This document shows, in pieces, positions 55,915 to 64,000 of a stretch of DNA of 64,000 nucleotides. The first letter of the stretch is position 1. Every line of letters starts with the position of its first letter. The notes under the pieces were generated by a model. It worked only from the letters and a program-made list of their open reading frames with translations. It ran no database searches and was not told the DNA's origin. The stretch is from Octopus vulgaris. Its lineage: Eukaryota. The DNA lies in the NCBI GenBank assembly GCA_951406725.2, contig OX597816.1:84630001-84694000 (forward strand), given 5' to 3'. The translations under genes were made by a program, and so were the position numbers.

Positions 55915-56480
55915 AAAAGTACCAGTTACGTTCGTTTGGGGTCGATGATAGATTTTTGACTTAATCCGTGTCCTTGTTTGTCACCGGCAGAAACGTTTGG
56001 CCCTTGTGGGCGAAAAGAAATAGGTATTTCGTCTGCCGCTATGTTCTGAGTTCAAATTCCGCCGAGGTCGACTTTGCCTTTCATCCTTTCGGGGTCGATT
56101 AAATAAGTACCAGTTACGCACTGGAGTCGATATAATTGACTTAATCCATTTGTCTGTCCTCGGCGGCAGACGAAATACCTATTTCTTTACTACCCACTAG
56201 GGGCTAAACACAGAAGGGACAAACAAGGACAGACAAACGGATTAAGTCGATTATATCGACCCCAGTGCGTGACCTCGGCAGAATTTGAACTCAGAACGTA
56301 GCGGCAGACGAAATACCGCTAAGCATTTCACCCCAATGCTCAACTAGTAGTTTAATTTATCGACCCCGAAAGGATGAAAAGCAAAGTCGACCTCGGTAGT
56401 ATTTGAACTCAGAACGTAAAGACGGAAGAAATGCCGCTAAGCATTTTGTCCGGCGCACTAACAATTCTGCCAGCCCGCCG

Positions 56481-56482
<2 letters not shown>
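55915..56482. mobile_element. Cluster of tandem and inverted SINE B fragments
   Basis: At least four overlapping or permuted SINE B segments on both strands. Confidence 0.85.
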
Positions 56483-56536
<54 letters not shown>

Positions 56537-57402
56537 TAGGCACAAGGCCTGAAATTTTAGGAGGAAGGAGGCCAGTCGATTACATCCATCCTATTACTTA
56601 ATTTTGCTGGTGCTTATTCTATCGGCCCAAATTGCCGAACCAAATAATTATGAGGACGTAAAGACTCCAACACTGGTTGTCAAGTGTTAGTGAATACACA
56701 TATACGTAAACAACAGGCTTCATTCAGTTTCCGTCTACCAAATGCACTCAAAACAGGGCTTTGGTCAGCCTATGCATATAGAAGACAAGTGGGATTGATC
56801 CAGGAACCATTGTGGTTGGGAAGCGAACTTCACTCTCGACACATTTAGGCACAAACGATACAGGGCCAAACATAAGGGCGTGGTTGAAGGTGTGCAAAAT
56901 TTTGATATCAGTATTCTGTGATATGCCTTAACATATAAGATACACTACGTATGTGTTCGTATATGCCTTTCAACACAAACAATATTTGACTGTGAATTAA
57001 CAATGTATGCATGTGAGCTGTGTGTTTGTAACATAACTAGTTGTTCTCTAAGTGTGTATCTATTCAATGTGAATGTGTAAGTTGAAATGCGTCTCCTGAA
57101 TGCAGAAGAGGCGCTTAAGGTGAATGTGCATGGTTATAGGTGAGCGTGCGTACGTATAGTTTTGTAATGTTCTGTAAGTTGATCTGGTCTAAATAGTGTG
57201 TGTGTGTGTGCGTATGTAGGTTAGTGTGAGTGTAATTAGCAAATGTGTATTACTACAAAGATCTGCTAAAATCATCAAAGTAGTTAATGCAAAACAAAAA
57301 GAAACCGAGAAAAAAATATACGAAAGAAAAAAAAATCAAGACAGGAGGAGTGGAGGATAGCGAGAGGATGGGTGAAGAACTATCTATAATTTATCATGTC
57401 TG

Positions 57403-57455
<53 letters not shown>

Positions 57456-58153
57456 TCTACACACACACTTATACGCAGATACAACCACAAATAGATGTAC
57501 ACAATGCCTACCTACACATATACAAAGAAGCTATCGAAGGCACATATATTGCATACATAGCATATACGAATCTACATTGCGTATCTTTACACATACGTAC
57601 AACACATACGTCTAAGTACACATATAATACAGGCATACACACATACAAAAACACAGACGTCATGACACCAAAAACATACATACACCTTGTATCAACACAG
57701 AGTAACATACAAGAGTTATTCGTGTATCGTCAATCATAACCATATATACATATAATATATAGCATATATATAGCGGCATTTGTTGTATACACACTTACAT
57801 AGATAACTAAATAAAGCAACCCACATTCATACTCCTTCCCTACCTGTACGCATGTCACACATACACACAGAGGCCCGAAACAATTCTCTGCACCACCACC
57901 TCCAGCATCAACACTGCCAAAACTATAAAAATATAAAGCAATAATAAAACGAATTACACAGACACACACACACACACGTGTCTGCAAGATGCATTGCATT
58001 CTTAGGCAAAACACTTCATCTCACCATTGCTCCATCCACTTCACTCAGCTGGCAAAAATGAGTATAGGGAATACATATATATTTCAAAATGTAACCACAT
58101 GTGAATCGTTGGCGATTTTTCACCCTCCGTCTTCTTTTTCTATTGGACTTTCT

Positions 58154-58188
58154 GTTTCTGAAGAAGAGCTTTGCTCGAAACGTAAAAC
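58154..58188 (+). ncRNA. Intact minimal type I hammerhead ribozyme motif
   Basis: GTTT CTGAAGA a-gagc-ttt-gctc GAAA CG TA AAAC: perfect stem I (gttt/aaac), perfect stem II (gagc/gctc), palindromic ACGT stem III, GUA triplet. Confidence 0.85.
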
Positions 58189-58349
58189 CACATTACTTTC
58201 CTTCTTTGAGAGTCTGATAATACTTTACATGTACAACGTGGTTGCGTTTTTTTTCTTTATTTACTATTATATATATACTCATTTACTCGTTTTAGCTATG
58301 TGGCAACGGTCATGTTGAAGAACTACCATGGTATATATATATATATACC

Positions 58350-58512
58350 ATGGTGGTTGCGGAGACGAGTCCCAGCTGATTCGATCAACGGAACAGCTTG
58401 CTCGTGAAATTAACGTGCAAGTGGCTGAGCACTCCAGACGCGTGTGTACCCTTGACGTAGTTCTCAGGGAGATTCAGCGTGTCAGTGTGACAAGACCGGG
58501 TCTTTGAAATAC
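58350..58512 (-). mobile_element. SINE 3' fragment (cephalopod SINE-like)
   Basis: aacggaacagcttgctcgtgaaattaacgtgcaagtggctgagcactcc; recognised from memory only, one copy of this part in the window. Confidence 0.5.
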
Positions 58513-58780
58513 GGGCATATGGCGTAGTGGTTAAGAGCGCAGGCTACTAAGCCTAAGATTCCGAGTTCGATTCCAGACAGTGACCTGAATAATAATAATA
58601 ATAATAATAATAACAACATCGAAAAATACCTTAGCCAGGTTCGAAATTTCCCCCAAGACGCCTGATGAAGGCTAGAGGGTATATCAGCTGAAACATTGTA
58701 TTAACAAACAAGATGAGGACAAATATCCGTCAAATGTAAATAATGTGCATAATTCCTCATCTCTTAAATATAGAACTGTA
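58513..58780 (+). mobile_element. tRNA-headed SINE carrying a hammerhead ribozyme-like tail
   Basis: A box TGGCGTAGTGG (58520-58530), B box GAGTTCGATTCC (58563-58574), (AAT)n spacer, CTGATGA (58662-58668)...GAAAC (58690-58694); homologous to 45889-46218. Confidence 0.85.
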
Positions 58781-59099
58781 ACAGCAGTACTCTATGAAGG
58801 TGTCATTAATTCGCATACCGAAAGTGTTCACTCTATAAATACCAGCGTACATATATATATATATATATATGTGTATATATATATATATATACGCCAAAGA
58901 ATCTTATGAGCCCATGGCTCGGGAAGAATCTTTGAGTTCTTTTGCGACACGCGCGCACACACACACGTTCAGTGTTAGCTATTAGATTAGTCTCTTGCTG
59001 TTCTGAGACCATCTGTGGATGCAAGCTACGACAGTGTAACATGACTGGAGACATTGCACCCACATGCGAAACTCAGAGCAGAAGAGACTGACTCTACCA

Positions 59100-59445
59100 A
59101 AATAGTGGCTGTGTGGTAAGGAATTTGATTCCCAACCACACGGCTCCGGGTTTAGCTCCACTGTGTGGAACCTTAGGGCAAGTGATCTCTACTATAATCT
59201 GTCTACCAAATCCACTCGCAAGACTTGCGAGTGGATTTGGTAGACAGAAACTGAAAGAAGCTCGTCCTGTGTGCGATGTGTTCATTATATAGGCGCAAGC
59301 ACGTGTATCATTTGCTTTCCGACCTCGTGGTATCAGGTTAAATCCCAATGCATTTTGGGCAAGCGTCTTCTGCTATAGGTCCGGGACTGCCAAAGCTTTC
59401 CGAGTTGACATAATAAACAGAAAACTAAAAACAAGCTCGTCGTAG
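59100..59445 (+). mobile_element. Two truncated SINE family A heads in tandem
   Basis: Homology to the 5' half of 4191-4601. Confidence 0.75.
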
Positions 59446-61299
59446 ATATAAACACATGCACACACAAGCGCTTCTGCCTGTGTGCCTGAATGCGGTACGA
59501 GTGTTTATTGACATCTTCGCTCGAAAGGTTTTCGTTTATTCCACAGTCGTTCGATCTGTTTTGGTATTTCTTTTAATAACTTCTACGTTCGAGACGTGAG
59601 CTCGAAGACGCGTGAAAAAAAAAAGACAAACAAAAAAAAAAACGGCGAAGTGTTAGCGTCAGTAAAACAATGCTTCGGTATTATAGGCGTCTAATTCCTG
59701 TTAGGGATGAAAACGGACTTCCATAAGAGCTGACATGATTCTGTTGCTGTTTGCACGTTGACTGCATGTCATACACACACAGAGATCCACAATAATTATC
59801 TCTCCTTGCCGCTTTATCTTTCTCCCGCTCTCTCATTCTTCTTCCCACACCATTTCATGTAGCAAGCTCGTAGATTTTCCCCATTATACTTCTTTTTCTT
59901 CTTTTCTTACGAACTATGCAGTGGCCACACTCGTTAAAAGTTTCACCATATCAGGTTATATTTGGGAGAAAGTCAATATTTAATTTTCCTCTCTGCTGGT
60001 ATCCTCTCTCTCTCTCTCTGTTTTATCTCAGATCGAACAACTACCTTGTCATTAATACTCTGTATCTGTCGTCAATGTTTATGATACCAGTCATGTCTCT
60101 ATGCTCTGTGATTTTAGCCATAAAACTTGATTCGCTTTGTTCCGTCCGTAGCATGGTTCCTTTGGATGAGTGATTCCATGTTTCCCGGTGCTGAAATCGT
60201 AATGACGGATGAAAAATATGGTTGACGAAGTGAGTATATTCGCGCTTGTTTATTTGTTCTTTCCGTTAACTATTATAGAAGTCTTTTTCTTATTTTATAC
60301 ACGTACACACACACACACACACACACATGCATACACACTTGTGAACGCGCCTGCACATACATGTGCCACACTACAATCCACATTTACATTCCCGAACTTA
60401 TTAACAAATATGGCTTTAAAATTCACAATAGGCCGAACAGACAGGTTTTATCTCAAATTAAACTCAGAAAACTATATTCCAAGTACATTGTAATTCGTTC
60501 AGAAAATCACACTTAGTCTTTCAGACGATCACGCACTCTTTAAATCTGGTCTAAAATTAGTACAGCGTAAAAGTAATAACTATGAGCGTCTTGTAATACT
60601 AGTATCAAAGTAATGCAATGTGATATACTAAGTAACTTAATCTAAAATCGCAAAATCAATTACCACAAGTTGCAGGCAAATTACATTTTTCAAGTCATGG
60701 CATCTGAGACATTCAGAGAACTGGGTTGCTCACCACAAATTCTTTTGCTTTTTTTTTTGATGTCTCATTTGACCATGTTATCAGGGAAGGTCTGTGAGGG
60801 TGCACATCTGCTAAAACATCCCAAACGTGCAATAGTTTGTGGTAACAGTACGTGTTGGGTTACTTCTATTGATAAAGAAAAAATTGTGATGTTCGAATTT
60901 AGCTTTTAATACAAGTCAAAATATGAAAATAAAAGCTTGCTCCAAAATTCAGTACTAGTATCAATGCAATCTGAAAGAAGCAACTTATTCTAAAATCACA
61001 ACTAATCTGTACATTGCCGTCATAATCATCATCATCGCCATCGTCGTCGTCCACATTTCCATGTTTACATGGGTCAGATGGAATTTTGCCGAGGCAGCTG
61101 TTCTATAGCTAAATGCCCTTCCTGTTGCTAACTCTCACCTGTTTCCAAGAAAGGTAATATTTTCTACTTGATCAAACATATTTAAATGGAAGATGAATGG
61201 ACACCACTTACATGATAGTGACATATGTTTACAACTATCACAGAATGCAAAGAGACGACAACACACACACACAAGCAAACATAAGTATATGCATATATA

Positions 61300-61980
61300 T
61301 ATAACTCACATCTCAACTTCTCCTCCCACCCTAAACACACCAAGCTTTTCACCCCCTATTCCCAATTCCTCCGTCTATGCAGGCTCTGTAGTGACAATCA
61401 CGACTTTGAGACTCAGTCTCAACTTATGGCTCGTCACTTCATCCTACGTGGATATCCCCTCACCACTATCCACAACGCCTTGCCAGGCAAGTTCCGTGGA
61501 CCGTGCATCTGCTCCCTCCCCACCCCGCCATCTCCCGTTTCCCTCACCTACCACCCCACCACCTTACCTCTCCAACGCACCATTCTCCGAGCCTTTCGGC
61601 GACTCCAGTCCAGCCCTTCCACTTCGCACATCTTCTCTAACCGATCCCTCCCCTCCTTCAAACGAGCCCACAACCTACAAAACCTCTTGGTCCACAGCTT
61701 CTTCCTTAACCCAACTTCCCAAGCCGGCTCGTTTCACTGCTCCCGCACTTGTTCTTACCTCTCCAACACCACCCTCCTCACCGGTACCCATCATCGACCC
61801 TATCATGTCACCAACTCCTTCACCTGCACTTCTACCAATGTCATCAACTGCATCTCCAGCTCTCTTTGCCCTTCTCTATATATCGGGCAAATGGGATGCT
61901 GCTTCACTGACAGGTTTACGGAATACCTCCGAGACGTCCGACTCGGCAATGACATCCTGGTCTCACGACATTTCCGCTAT
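61300..61980 (+). mobile_element. Penelope-like element remnant (RT thumb, linker, GIY-YIG)
   Basis: FILRGYP..., PVSLTYHP, SFKRAHNLQNLLV, SFTCTSTNVINCISSSLCPSLYIGQMGCCFTDRFTEY...VSRHF. Confidence 0.9.
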
Positions 61981-62193
61981 TCATTCTTCATTTTCGTACA
62001 TCTACCATGAATCCATTTCTCACATCTCACACACATATATATCTCATCATCATCATCATCATCATTTAATGTCCGTTTTCCATGCTAGCATGGGTTGGAC
62101 GATTTTGACTGAGGGCCGGCAACCAGATGGCTGCATCAGGCTCCAGTCTTGGTCTGGCAGAGTTTCTACAGCTGGATGTCCTTCCTAAAGCCA

Positions 62194-62355
62194 ATATATA
62201 TATATACATATATATACATTTATATATATACATATATATACATACATATATATATACATATATATACATACATATATATATACATTTATATATATATACA
62301 TATATATACATACATATATATATACATACATATACATACATATATATGTACATAC

Positions 62356-62395
<40 letters not shown>

Positions 62396-62472
62396 ATACA
62401 TACATATATATACATATATATACATATATATATACATACATATATATATACATACATATATATATATACATA

Positions 62473-62513
<41 letters not shown>

Positions 62514-62536
62514 ACATACATATATATATATACATA

Positions 62537-62577
<41 letters not shown>

Positions 62578-62624
62578 ACATACATATATATACATAACAT
62601 ATATATATATACATATATATATAC

Positions 62625-62703
<79 letters not shown>

Positions 62704-63100
62704 CATATATATATACATATATATATACATATATATACATATATATACACATATATATACACATATATATACATATATATACACATATATATACACATAT
62801 ATATACACATATATATACATATATATATACACATATATATATACATATATATACACATATATATATACATATATATACATATATACATATATATATATAT
62901 TCATATATATATACATATATATATATATCACGATGATGATGATGATATATACATATATACATATACATATATATATATCACGATGATGATGATGATATAT
63001 ACATATATATATATACATATATATATACATATATATATATACATATATATATATATACATATATATATACATATATATATACATATATATACATATACAC

Positions 63101-63133
<33 letters not shown>

Positions 63134-63215
63134 CGTACATATACATACATACATATATACACACACGCACATATATACCATACAAATACACAAACACAAA
63201 CGCACACATATAAAA
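62194..63215. repeat. ~1-kb (TA)n/(TACA)n microsatellite
   Basis: Direct tandem repeats. Confidence 0.97.
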
Positions 63216-63839
63216 CAGTGTAATTGAACAAATTCAAGTGTACTAAATTACTGTTGTTTCAACAATGATGATGATGATGATCATAAAAATAATAATAGTA
63301 ATAATATCACAATCCTTATCAATGTTATCATTATTATTATTGTTATTATTATTATAATTTTTATCATCATCATCATCATCATCTGTATTTATAAAAATAC
63401 ATATGTAAGCATATATCATTCATGTCACTGGTATTATTTATATCTGTGGGCTATTTGCATGAAGAATTATATGATATAAATATACTTCTGTTTGCGCGCG
63501 CGTGTGTGTGTGTGTGTGTATCTTGATATGAATAAGCAAATACATAAAGAGAGACACAAACACACACACATATATATATACACACACACACATACACAAG
63601 TATTGCGTGTCAGAGTTTTAACCAATCTTGTGAAATACCTGAAGCAAAAAAATACTCTCCAAAACAAACTCTAATTAACAAGTTCTGACACCTCTGCTAC
63701 ACCCACTGCTACCCTGCTACTCATGCACCACCCAAATAACGATAATGTTTAGTTACCTCTTTTTCTTTTTCTTGGAACCAAAACCACCCAAGTGATTAAA
63801 TAACATGTATCTACACGATATGCATAATTCATACTCATG

Positions 63840-63884
<45 letters not shown>

Positions 63885-64000
63885 TATGTAAAGATAAACT
63901 TGGAAATGGATGCGTGGCTTTCAATCAAATAATATAAATAATATATATATATATGCATATATACATACATGTATATGTATATAGGTACAGGACGTCACAA

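Noticed and set aside
58325-58354. Perfect palindrome accatgg(ta)n ccatggt
   Set aside because: Explained by a self-complementary site duplicated around a (TA)n expansion
58513-58585. Possible tRNA-Ser gene (and other tRNA-like heads)
   Set aside because: No proper acceptor stem or T-run terminator; continues into a repeat body, so it is a SINE head
61193-62188. 331-aa Pro/Ser/Thr-rich ORF
   Set aside because: Alternative frame of the C-rich Penelope remnant, running through SINE and microsatellite sequence
62066-63237. 300-354 aa ORFs (also those at 5802, 9736, 24828, 29451 and 35962)
   Set aside because: Translations of (TA)n/(TACA)n/(CA)n microsatellites (poly YI/HT/CV), open in several frames on both strands

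Overview
AT-rich, microsatellite-saturated animal genomic DNA. The SINE families, (TA)n/(TACA)n/(CA)n load and Penelope remnants point to an octopus or related coleoid cephalopod (inference). The only host gene I can identify is GPN2 (GPN-loop GTPase 2): two minus-strand 3' exons (26086-26184 and 16456-16665) with canonical phase-0 splice sites. I could not find its 5' exons in the remaining 38 kb. The rest is transposon debris: tRNA-derived SINE families, RTE, R4/Dong and L1/Tx1-ORF1 LINE remnants, several Penelope-like (RT/GIY-YIG) fragments, one piggyBac-type MITE and three GG-ended MITEs with 8-bp TSDs. The most interesting signal is a set of minimal type I hammerhead ribozyme motifs. One family joins a Pol III tRNA-like head to a hammerhead-bearing tail (58513-58780), and a second insertion of it has a Penelope-style inverted structure with a 12-bp TSD (45889-46218), suggesting a SINE/retrozyme hybrid. 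Nearly all ORFs in the supplied track are microsatellite artefacts. Repeat boundaries were read by eye and are approximate unless a TSD is quoted.
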